Shown here piece after piece: positions 56,894-64,000 of a DNA stretch of 64,000 bases. Below the pieces are notes generated by a model. The model did no database searches. It was not told the DNA's origin and was given only the letters and a program-made list of their open reading frames with translations. Source of the stretch: Bacilli bacterium (GTDB taxonomy: Bacteria; Bacillota_I; Bacilli_A; MAG-NZ); the NCBI GenBank assembly GCA_018401215.1, contig JAGYLA010000002.1, positions 9,880 through 73,879 of the forward strand, written 5' to 3'. Made by a program: the position numbers and the translations under genes. Position 1 is the first letter of the stretch, and every line of letters begins with the position of its first letter.

Positions 56894-58269
56894 TAATACA
56901 TTAGATGTTTGACAGTGCGAGGGAACGCAATGACATCACGAATATTCTCAACGCCAGTTAAATACATCACCAACCGTTCAAATCCAATCCCATACCCGGA
57001 ATGAATCACACTACCATATCGACGAAGGTCCAAATACCATTCAAGGTCTGCTTGTGGGACGTTCATTTGTTTCATCCGCGCAAGTAGTGGTTCGAGTCGC
57101 TCTTCACGCTGGCTACCCCCAATGAGCTCTCCAGAGCCAGGCACGAGTAAATCCATCGCTGCAACGGTGGTTCCATCGTCGTTCAAGCGCATATAAAACG
57201 CCTTGATGTCTTTGGGCCAGTCAATTACATACACTGGTCCATCAAAATGTTGCACCAAATACTTTTCATGTTCTGTGGCCAAATCTCCCCCTTGGACAGG
57301 GGAATGATCAAACGTCACGTTCGCTTGTTGAAGTAACGTAATTGCTTCTTCGTGTCGAACAACAGCAAACGGCTTTGTTTTGACTTTATTTAATTTTTCA
57401 ACCAAGCCTGGTTCAACATACTCATTAAAGAAATTCATTTCTTCAGGCGCATGGGTCATCACATACTCAATCACATATTTGATCATCGCTTCCGCGTTAT
57501 CCATGTTTGCTTGCAAATCCGCAAACGCCATTTCTGGTTCAATCATCCAAAACTCTGCCGCATGAATCTTTGTGTTGGAATTTTCACTGCGGAAAGTGGG
57601 CCCAAAGGTATATACATTACGAAACGCTGGCAAGTAACTTTCCACATGCAGTTGACCAGTGACGGTTAAATTGGTCGCAACTTGGAAAAAATCTTGTTTG
57701 AAATCAACATCACCAGCCTTTGTCTTAGGCACTTGTTCCAGGGGTAATGTGGTAACACGAAACATTTCACCCGCACCTTCCCCATCGTTACTGGTTAAGA
57801 TTGGTGTATGAACATGGACAAACCCTTGGTCTTGAAAGAACCGGTGAATCGCATGCGCAGTCAGTGACCTGACACGAAACACTGCGGTAAACAAGTTTGT
57901 GCGAACGCGTAAGTGCGGCAGCTCTCTAAGAAATTCTCTTGAATGCCGCTTTGGTTGAATCGGGTATTGTTCCAATGAATCACCAAGTAATGTCACTTGC
58001 ATCGCTTTGATTTCATACGCTTGTTTGGCCTCTGGCGTCACAATGATGCTTCCTTGAACTTCAATCGCTGCGCCAACACGGTACTTTGCAATATTTGAAA
58101 AATCAACTAATTCATCATCAAATACCACTTGCACCGAAGTAAAACTGGTTCCATCTTGTAAATCGATGAACCCAAATTTCTTTTGCGAACGAATGTTTTT
58201 GATCCAGCCAGCCAACTGCACGACTTGACCGTCGTTTGGAGATATTGATAATTGACGAATGGTATCCAT
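56893..58269 (-). CDS. asnS: Asparaginyl-tRNA synthetase
   Basis: The ATG at 58269 (MDTIRQLS...) has a TAGGAGG SD. FRSENSNTKIHAAEFWMIEPE and GYGIGFERLVMYLTG are class IIb motifs. The track extension to 58329 runs into the T-box terminator. Confidence 0.93.
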   Translation of the reverse strand: MDTIRQLSISPNDGQVVQLAGWIKNIRSQKKFGFIDLQDGTSFTSVQVVFDDELVDFSNIAKYRVGAAIEVQGSIIVTPEAKQAYEIKAMQVTLLGDSLEQYPIQPKRHSREFLRELPHLRVRTNLFTAVFRVRSLTAHAIHRFFQDQGFVHVHTPILTSNDGEGAGEMFRVTTLPLEQVPKTKAGDVDFKQDFFQVATNLTVTGQLHVESYLPAFRNVYTFGPTFRSENSNTKIHAAEFWMIEPEMAFADLQANMDNAEAMIKYVIEYVMTHAPEEMNFFNEYVEPGLVEKLNKVKTKPFAVVRHEEAITLLQQANVTFDHSPVQGGDLATEHEKYLVQHFDGPVYVIDWPKDIKAFYMRLNDDGTTVAAMDLLVPGSGELIGGSQREERLEPLLARMKQMNVPQADLEWYLDLRRYGSVIHSGYGIGFERLVMYLTGVENIRDVIAFPRTVKHLMY

Positions 58270-58274
58270 ACTGC

Positions 58275-58510
58275 CTCCTATAGAAAACGCCCTCTCGTAT
58301 GAAAGGACGAAATAACTTCGCGGTGCCACCTAACTTCATACATTTCTGTATGCGCTTACGTGATGATAACGGATTCAATCCGGTGACGTCTACTTCGATT
58401 TCTCGGTTCTTGTCACAGCTCCAAAGGGTTCAAAATAAATCGGTCTTCTTAGCCTTTCACCATCGCTAAGTCGCTTTGTTTCCATAATTTATTTTCGCTT
58501 TGTCGTCGCT
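58275..58510 (-). promoter_or_regulatory. T-box riboswitch leader of asnS (candidate specifier AAC)
   Basis: Minus sense carries the T-box AAGTTAGGTGGCACCGCG (58319..58330 core), preceded by stem III (CATAC-AGAAAT-GTATG). It is followed by the terminator CGTCCTTTC-ATAC-GAGAGGGCG plus TTTTC (58283..58309). Stem I carries AAC (58428..58430) one nt before the closing CTTTG strand. Confidence 0.85.
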
Positions 58511-58516
58511 ACCGTA

Positions 58517-58544
58517 ATTATACGTCAATTCTCTTCAGAGTCAA
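58517..58544 (-). promoter_or_regulatory. Sigma-A promoter for the asnS T-box leader, inside the 3' end of rmuC
   Basis: Minus sense reads TTGACT (58539..58544)-N16-TATAAT (58517..58522). The rmuC stop codon lies within the spacer. Confidence 0.55.
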
Positions 58545-59739
58545 CGAATTCTGGCAATGGGACCAATTGAACACTCGCAATCGAATCAAATGATTTGGTA
58601 ATCTTATCACTTGTTGTATTGATCTTCTTCACGTCATCAGCAAGTGCATCAATGTCACGATTGAGTTTGCCCCAACGATCTTTGAATCGATTGAATTCTT
58701 GGGCAAGTTTACTGATTTGTAGTTGCATCTCTTTGGAATGTTTGTTGCGTTCTGCTTCTAAGACAATTGCTTCGACAATCGTTAATACTGATAATAACGT
58801 GGTTGGTGACGTAATCATCACATTGCGTTGTTGCGCATAATCGATCAATTCATAATGATAGGCATTGATTTCCGCAAAGATTGCTTCGGCCGGTAAAAAC
58901 ATGATGGCTTGGTCCGAGGTCTCCCCTAAAATAATGTACTTGGATGCAATCGCATCAATATGTTTTTTCACATCAGATTTAAATAATTTTCTGGCGTCCA
59001 AGCGTTCCCCATCCGTGAGCGCAGAGTCTACCATGCGGTTATAATTTTCCAAAGGGAACTTGGAGTCAATCGAAATCATCCCAATCGGTTCTGGCGCATA
59101 CACCACTGCGTCCACCATCTTATCGTTTGATAGTTTGTGTTGCATTTTATACAGTTGTTCACGATCACCAAACGTGTTGGACAGTAATTGTTTTAACTGA
59201 ACTTCACCAAACAAACCACGTGTCTTCTTGTCAGTTAATACACCTTGTAAATCGACAATACTAATCGACAATTGTTGAATGTTCTTTTGTGCTTCGTCAA
59301 TTTTTGTAATACGATCAGCAATGTTTTGAAAGGTTTCGTTCGTTTGTTTGAATCCTTCGGTCAAACGTTCTTCGACCTTTTTATTGATGTCGTTCAAACG
59401 CTTTTCAATTTGATCATTCAGTTCTTTAAAATCGGTCGAAAGTTTGAGTTGAATGGATTGACCAAATTGTGTAATTTGATTGTTAATGTGTTCGTTATTT
59501 GTTTTGACGATGGTTGTCACATCATTTTTTAATTCCCCGTACTCACGTGAAATACGACTGCTAACTTCTTCTTTAAGCTGGCCAATTTCTTTGTTTAAAA
59601 ATACGCGAGTTTCCATGCTATCTTTTGTATATTTTTCATTGTCAAAAGAGCCACTTGAGCGACCTAGTAGCACATACATCCCGACTGATAATAGCGGGGC
59701 TAGTATTCCAACAAGCAAGATTGCAATCCACGGTTCCAT
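58525..59739 (-). CDS. rmuC: DNA recombination protein RmuC
   Basis: 404 aa. N-terminal TM helix, a long coiled coil and a C-terminal RmuC nuclease-like domain (DAVVYAPE...ISIDSKFP...AIMFLPAEAIF). Confidence 0.85.
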   Translation of the reverse strand: MEPWIAILLVGILAPLLSVGMYVLLGRSSGSFDNEKYTKDSMETRVFLNKEIGQLKEEVSSRISREYGELKNDVTTIVKTNNEHINNQITQFGQSIQLKLSTDFKELNDQIEKRLNDINKKVEERLTEGFKQTNETFQNIADRITKIDEAQKNIQQLSISIVDLQGVLTDKKTRGLFGEVQLKQLLSNTFGDREQLYKMQHKLSNDKMVDAVVYAPEPIGMISIDSKFPLENYNRMVDSALTDGERLDARKLFKSDVKKHIDAIASKYIILGETSDQAIMFLPAEAIFAEINAYHYELIDYAQQRNVMITSPTTLLSVLTIVEAIVLEAERNKHSKEMQLQISKLAQEFNRFKDRWGKLNRDIDALADDVKKINTTSDKITKSFDSIASVQLVPLPEFVDSEEN

Positions 59740-59792
59740 AATGACCTCAGTTTATCTTACCTTTTTTTATCACAGAATAAATGCGGGTTATA

Positions 59793-59816
59793 GAAAAGAG
59801 TCCGTTAGGACTCCTT
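59793..59816 (-). terminator. Weak terminator-like hairpin at the end of jag
   Basis: Minus sense reads AAGGAGTCC-TAAC-GGACTCTTT and includes the jag stop. The U-tract is short. Confidence 0.35.
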
Positions 59817-60407
59817 CTTGACAGGTCGAATGACCAGATAACGATTGGGCTCTTCGCCCATCGATATCGTTTCGACATCTCTCCACTCCGTTAATTTTGC
59901 GTGGACGATGCGACGTTCATACGAATTCATTGGTTTTAATCTTGCTTCAATTTTTGACTTTGCGACTTCTTTCGCAGTTTTTGTGGCAAGAATTTCTAAT
60001 TGTAAGATACGGCGTTCTTTGTATCCGCCCACATCAATCGTGATGTTTTGTGGTACGTCAGAAAACACATAACTTACTTGCTTACACAAAAATTGAAGAG
60101 CACTTAAGGTTTTTCCATCGCGACCAATCAAGATGGGATTATTGTCTGTTTCAATATTAAATACATAACCCCGATCATTTTCTACGACCTTGATGGTAAA
60201 TGGCATGTTGAAGTTCACAAGTACATCGTTAAGATACATTGAAATGACTTCTTTGATGTCATCGGTCATTAATGCTTCAACTCGAACCGATTCTTGACGT
60301 TCTTCCATCACATTCAATTGAATGTATTTTGAACTCACCTGAAATTCTTCGACAGCGGTTCGCATTGCGGCTTCTAAGGTCGGAGCCTCAAATTCTAATC
60401 GTCTCAT
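59805..60407 (-). CDS. khpB: RNA-binding protein Jag/KhpB (KH plus R3H)
   Basis: 200 aa. Jag_N, KH-like (ILIGRDGKTLSALQFL) and R3H (ERRIVHAKL). Immediately follows yidC. Confidence 0.88.
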   Translation of the reverse strand: MRRLEFEAPTLEAAMRTAVEEFQVSSKYIQLNVMEERQESVRVEALMTDDIKEVISMYLNDVLVNFNMPFTIKVVENDRGYVFNIETDNNPILIGRDGKTLSALQFLCKQVSYVFSDVPQNITIDVGGYKERRILQLEILATKTAKEVAKSKIEARLKPMNSYERRIVHAKLTEWRDVETISMGEEPNRYLVIRPVKKES

Positions 60408-61288
60408 GCGCTTACCTTTAATTTTTTATCAGCAAGGCGATAATTGATCGTTGTTTGAATGAGTGAGTATGTATTCCCGAAAATCCAATAGATTCCAAGT
60501 GCTGCTGGCGAGATGTACGTAATATAGACCATCATCAACACCAAAAAATACATCATAAATTGAGTCTGTTTTTGCATTGCGGCTTGTCGTGTGTTTTTAC
60601 GATAATCCGGGACATCTTTTTGTGTCTTTTTTTGACGGTTTTGGGTTATGGATGTCACTAAAAACATTGAGATTCCAGTGAGTAAGGGAATCAATAAATA
60701 GAACCAGTTGGATGCTAAACTCGTGGTCAATTCGACACTAACAATGCGAATCAAGTCCAATCCAAAAATTTCAGTTGAACCACCAAACGTCTCGATGTCC
60801 AAATAACCAGTGCCTATATTGTTTGGCAAACGGCGCACAGCATAATATACCGCCAAGAAAATTGGCAGTTGTAAGAATGGCAACAAACATCCCAATGGAT
60901 TCACACCAAATTTTTTATACAATGCCATCGTTTCTTGTTGCATCCTTGCTTGTGAATCCCGATCGGTCTTGCCTTCATACTTTGCCTGAATCTTTTGTTG
61001 TTCCGGTTGCATGGCTTGCATCTTCATCGTCATGTCATTGCTTTTGGAATAAATCGGCCATCCTAACGTACGAACAACGAACGTTGTAAATAAGATTCCA
61101 AAGAAGAAATATCCCCCTAGAATTTGTGTTGACGTATACATCAACCAAGCGACAGGTAACACAATGTAATTGGTAAAAAACCCTTCGTTTTGTGTAATTG
61201 CACTATCCAGCACTTCTTGAGAAACACAACCAGATAACAAGAACGTCAACCCGAGCAATGTTCCTAAAATAATTAGTTTTTTATTCAT
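60404..61288 (-). CDS. yidC: Membrane protein insertase YidC/SpoIIIJ (lipoprotein type)
   Basis: 294 aa. Lipobox LLSGCVS and the conserved GCLLPFLQLPIF and basic C-terminal region. Confidence 0.92.
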   Translation of the reverse strand: MNKKLIILGTLLGLTFLLSGCVSQEVLDSAITQNEGFFTNYIVLPVAWLMYTSTQILGGYFFFGILFTTFVVRTLGWPIYSKSNDMTMKMQAMQPEQQKIQAKYEGKTDRDSQARMQQETMALYKKFGVNPLGCLLPFLQLPIFLAVYYAVRRLPNNIGTGYLDIETFGGSTEIFGLDLIRIVSVELTTSLASNWFYLLIPLLTGISMFLVTSITQNRQKKTQKDVPDYRKNTRQAAMQKQTQFMMYFLVLMMVYITYISPAALGIYWIFGNTYSLIQTTINYRLADKKLKVSA

Positions 61289-61625
61289 GTTTTGCCTCTT
61301 TTTTCATCAGTCGTTGAAACAATTCTGCTAATGATTCTTTCATTTTTTCAAAACCAATGCCTTTGCAATTTGCTTTTGCGACAATTAAAAAATCAATTCG
61401 ATGAAACTCTTCTTGGTGACGAGAAACGATATCTCTAACACGTCGCTTCATTTGGTTTCTCTCGGGGGCCGTTCCCCATTTTTTATTGACTGAAACCGCA
61501 AAGCGAAATGTATTATCGGTGCGAGGTTGATAATAAATCACGAAGTACTGATCACCTACAGTGTGACGCTTGGTAACCAGTTCCTTGATTTCCTCGCTTT
61601 TTTTGATACGAAATTGTTTTTTCAT
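61281..61625 (-). CDS. rnpA: RNase P protein component
   Basis: 114 aa. FRFAVSVNKKWGTAPERNQMKRRVRD (RNR motif). 8-nt overlap with yidC. Confidence 0.92.
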   Translation of the reverse strand: MKKQFRIKKSEEIKELVTKRHTVGDQYFVIYYQPRTDNTFRFAVSVNKKWGTAPERNQMKRRVRDIVSRHQEEFHRIDFLIVAKANCKGIGFEKMKESLAELFQRLMKKEAKHE

Positions 61626-61628
61626 CTC

Positions 61629-61664
61629 AAAAAAAAACTTGAAAGAAGCAATGTTTTTTCAAGT
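61629..61664 (-). terminator. Hairpin plus T9 between rpmH and rnpA (partial terminator or attenuator)
   Basis: Minus sense reads CTTGAAA-(12-nt loop)-TTTCAAG followed by TTTTTTTTT. Confidence 0.5.
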
Positions 61665-61681
61665 TGTACAGGTTTATTCAA

Positions 61682-61816
61682 TTAGACGACTAATCGCTTA
61701 CGGCCTTTAGCACGACGACGTCTGAGTACGTTGCGTCCGACTGGCGATGCCATTCGTGCACGAAACCCATGGGCTTTCGCTCGTTTGCGATTATTAGGTT
61801 GATATGTACGTTTCAT
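61682..61816 (-). CDS. rpmH: 50S ribosomal protein L34
   Basis: Not in the ORF track because it is under 60 aa. The minus strand translates to [44 protein letters not shown] (44 aa). Confidence 0.95.
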   Translation of the reverse strand: MKRTYQPNNRKRAKAHGFRARMASPVGRNVLRRRRAKGRKRLVV

Positions 61817-61893
61817 GGTTCACCTTCCTACAAGAGTTGCTTAAGCATTATCTCAAAACTATATAGTCATGTCAACGAATTTATTAAATTAGT

Positions 61894-62054
61894 CCTTCCA
61901 CATTTGTGGATACATCGATGGTGATAGTTTATTTGTGGAGATGGGGATAACCAAAAGAAACCCTTGGTGATTCACACGTATAAAAATTAGTTTTCCACAT
62001 CGTTTGTTGTTGATATCAATAAATATACGAATTACCCACAATTATTGTGGAAAA
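61894..62054. other. oriC upstream DnaA-box cluster (rpmH-dnaA intergenic region)
   Basis: Matches to TTATCCACA with at most 1 mismatch: GTATCCACA (61905..61913, reverse), TTATCCCCA (61942..61950, reverse), TTTTCCACA (61991..61999), TTACCCACA (62032..62040) and TTTTCCACA (62046..62054, reverse). Several weaker boxes are also present. Confidence 0.7.
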
Positions 62055-62112
62055 GTAGTTGTTCCTAAATCGAATATCCTTTGCTATTATCGTCATACAT
62101 ACGGAGTACATA

Positions 62113-63477
62113 ATGCAAGATCAACACGTTCAGTTGTGGGTCAAAACTAAATATTATCTACAAAAGACTGTTGCCGACAAAACTTTTAAGGAATTGTTTG
62201 AACACATCCACGAAGTCGCGCGCGTTGAACAAGAAACACTGTATCTTTTGGTAGCTAACAATTTTTTAAAAACTCGCATCGACAAACTTTTTCTGAATAA
62301 AATGAATGATTATGTAAATACCATCTCCCCCGACTTGGTTCGTTTTCGTATTGTGTTAAAAGAAGACTTGTATGATTCTTCTGCTTCCAATAGTCAGGAT
62401 GAAAAAAACAAATCGTTTGATGTGCTTCGAACAGGAAACTTAAATCAAATTTATACCTTTCAAAATTATGTCATTGGAAAAAACAACCGATTGGCATCCA
62501 CCATATCTCTTCAAGTTGCGGACCAACCAGGAGTGTTTGCTAATCCTCTTTATATCTTTGGTCCGGTAGGAATTGGTAAAACCCATTTGATGCAATCGAT
62601 TGGAAATTACATCCTAGATAATGACATCAATAAGAATGTTCTTTATGTAAAGACAGAAAACTTTGTTGAAGATTATGTCAATTTACTACGGGCAGATAAT
62701 ATTGAACGCTTCAATGAAAAATATGCTGATATTGATGTGTTATTGATTGATGATATTCAATTCCTATCTAAAAAGACTCAATCTCAACAACAGTTCTTTA
62801 AATTGTTTGAAAATCTCCATTCGGAAAACAAACAGATTGTTGTTACCTCTGATCGACCAACCTCTGAGCTGAAGGATGTAATGACTCGCTTAACTTCTCG
62901 TTTTAGCTGGGGTGTTGTTGCTGATATCAATCCTCCAGATTTGGATCATCGACTAGAAATATTAAAACGCAAATTACAAACGCATTTGATTGACCAAGAA
63001 GCAATTCCCACTGAAGTTCTTGAATTGATTGCCAATAGTTTTCCTACTTCCGTTCGTGAACTCGAAGGAGCATTGAATCGAGTTATCTTTTATAAAACCA
63101 TCATGAATGAAGATTTGACGTTAGAAACAGCAATCGAAGCATTACAACCATTATTAAAAACACACCGGATGGAATCACTGGTTTTAAATTCAAATAAAAT
63201 TGATCAAGTTTTGGATGTGATTTGTGGCTATTTTAATGTAAGTCGAACAGATTTATATGGTAATTCAAGAAAACGCGATATTTTATATCCTCGACAAATT
63301 GCAATGTATTTACTTCGAGATTTATATGATTTACCTTATAAAAAAATAGGTTCTATCTTTAGTGGTCGTGATCACTCCACTGTAATGAACTCGTATGAAA
63401 AAATATCGGTTGGAATTGTCAACGAAGAATCAATTTTAAATGATGTTCAAAACATCCGAAATAAAGTGGAACATTAG
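62113..63477 (+). CDS. dnaA: Chromosomal replication initiator DnaA
   Basis: ATG at 62113 with a GGAG SD (the track start at 62059 is a TTG extension). AAA+ domain GPVGIGKTHLMQ and LLIDDIQFL, and DNA-binding domain IAMYLLRDL...IGSIFSGRDHSTV. Confidence 0.95.
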   Translation: MQDQHVQLWVKTKYYLQKTVADKTFKELFEHIHEVARVEQETLYLLVANNFLKTRIDKLFLNKMNDYVNTISPDLVRFRIVLKEDLYDSSASNSQDEKNKSFDVLRTGNLNQIYTFQNYVIGKNNRLASTISLQVADQPGVFANPLYIFGPVGIGKTHLMQSIGNYILDNDINKNVLYVKTENFVEDYVNLLRADNIERFNEKYADIDVLLIDDIQFLSKKTQSQQQFFKLFENLHSENKQIVVTSDRPTSELKDVMTRLTSRFSWGVVADINPPDLDHRLEILKRKLQTHLIDQEAIPTEVLELIANSFPTSVRELEGALNRVIFYKTIMNEDLTLETAIEALQPLLKTHRMESLVLNSNKIDQVLDVICGYFNVSRTDLYGNSRKRDILYPRQIAMYLLRDLYDLPYKKIGSIFSGRDHSTVMNSYEKISVGIVNEESILNDVQNIRNKVEH

Positions 63478-63481
63478 TACG

Positions 63482-63597
63482 ATATCCACACTATAAAAAT
63501 TTGCAGTTATGTTATAATTAGTTGAAAAATTAGAGATTTGAAGTGCTTATCAACATATCCACATGACCTAATAATAACAACAAACAAAATCTTATGA
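63482..63597. other. oriC downstream part: DnaA boxes plus an AT-rich candidate unwinding element (dnaA-dnaN spacer)
   Basis: ATATCCACA at 63482..63490 and 63555..63563, TTATCAACA at 63547..63555, then AATAATAACAACAAACAAAAT. Confidence 0.55.
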
Positions 63598-63613
63598 TTG
63601 AATGAGGCTGACA

Positions 63614-64000
63614 ATGAAATTTAGCGTATCTAGAGATTCTCTTACAACTGCAATCAATGCAGCAAGTCGAGCACTTAGTAATAAAACCCCAATGCCAATC
63701 CTTACTGGAGTTAAAGTGGAAGCGACATATGATGGGGTTGTAATTACTACTTCAAATGGAGACTTGTCAATGCAAGTCACCGTCGAACAAGATGGATTGA
63801 AAGTTGATCAACCAGGAGTTCAAGTAATTCCGGGTCGTTATTTTATTGAAATTGTTCGTAAAATGACTGCTGATAAAATCACGATTGAATCCATGGATGA
63901 TAATTTAATTAACATTCGTGGTGGTCAGTCCGATTTCACACTAAATGGGATGGAAAACGAACTCTATCCAGACATTGTGTTTTCAACATTAAGCAATCCA
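63614..64000 (+). CDS. dnaN: DNA polymerase III beta sliding clamp, N-terminal 129 codons (continues beyond the window)
   Basis: ATG at 63614 after a GAGG SD. MKFSVSRDSLTTAINAASRALSNKTPMPILTGVKVEA is a typical DnaN N-terminus. The frame stays open to the window end. Confidence 0.93.
   Translation, partial: MKFSVSRDSLTTAINAASRALSNKTPMPILTGVKVEATYDGVVITTSNGDLSMQVTVEQDGLKVDQPGVQVIPGRYFIEIVRKMTADKITIESMDDNLINIRGGQSDFTLNGMENELYPDIVFSTLSNP

Noticed and set aside
58270-58329. N-terminal extension of the asnS ORF (MAPRSYFVLSYERAFSIGGS)
   Set aside because: It overlaps the T-box terminator hairpin. The SD TAGGAGG precedes the internal ATG at 58269.

Overview
This window is an origin-proximal chromosomal segment of a low-GC, Bacillota-like bacterium. 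It uses the standard genetic code: TGA acts as a stop in several ATGA start/stop overlaps, so it is not a code-4 Mollicute. By eye it is about 40% GC, but I did not compute this.

The right end carries the classic rpmH-rnpA-yidC-jag | oriC | dnaA-dnaN arrangement, with DnaA-box clusters on both sides of dnaA. The rest is densely packed housekeeping DNA:
- DNA replication and repair: uvrA (partial), ligA, pcrA, dnaX, recR, rmuC.
- Aminoacyl-tRNA synthetases: glnS, lysS, and asnS behind a T-box leader.
- tRNA modification: tsaEBD-rimI, dusB, tilS, mnmE.
- Metabolism: pgi, fba, pyrG, mgsA, ispDF, hpt, a class II RNR (nrdJ), surE.
- Other functions: ftsH, hslO, rpoE (delta subunit), a full pstSCAB-phoU-phoPR phosphate operon with 11-bp-periodic Pho boxes, and an NfeD/SHOCT/SPFH membrane cluster.

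I saw no rRNA, tRNA, CRISPR array, transposase, integrase or prophage signal. Intergenic space is small, and many genes are translationally coupled.

The most unusual locus is a terminator-bounded three-gene operon at 18.6-24.0 kb. It encodes a 1333-aa protein, a cytoplasmic ankyrin-repeat protein and the diadenylate cyclase CdaA. The 1333-aa protein keeps the linear layout of a DUF4011/Upf1-like SF1 helicase-nuclease, but its catalytic motifs are replaced. The usual cdaR/glmM partners are not adjacent to cdaA. I propose this as a candidate uncharacterised c-di-AMP regulatory module, which is a hypothesis only.

Secondary points are a roughly 1.4 kb frame-broken, decayed stretch (16.76-18.22 kb), dnaX-recR without ybaB, scrambled origin-flank synteny, and several unknown ORFs embedded in core operons. 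All family assignments rest on motifs I recognised by eye, and no database search was possible.
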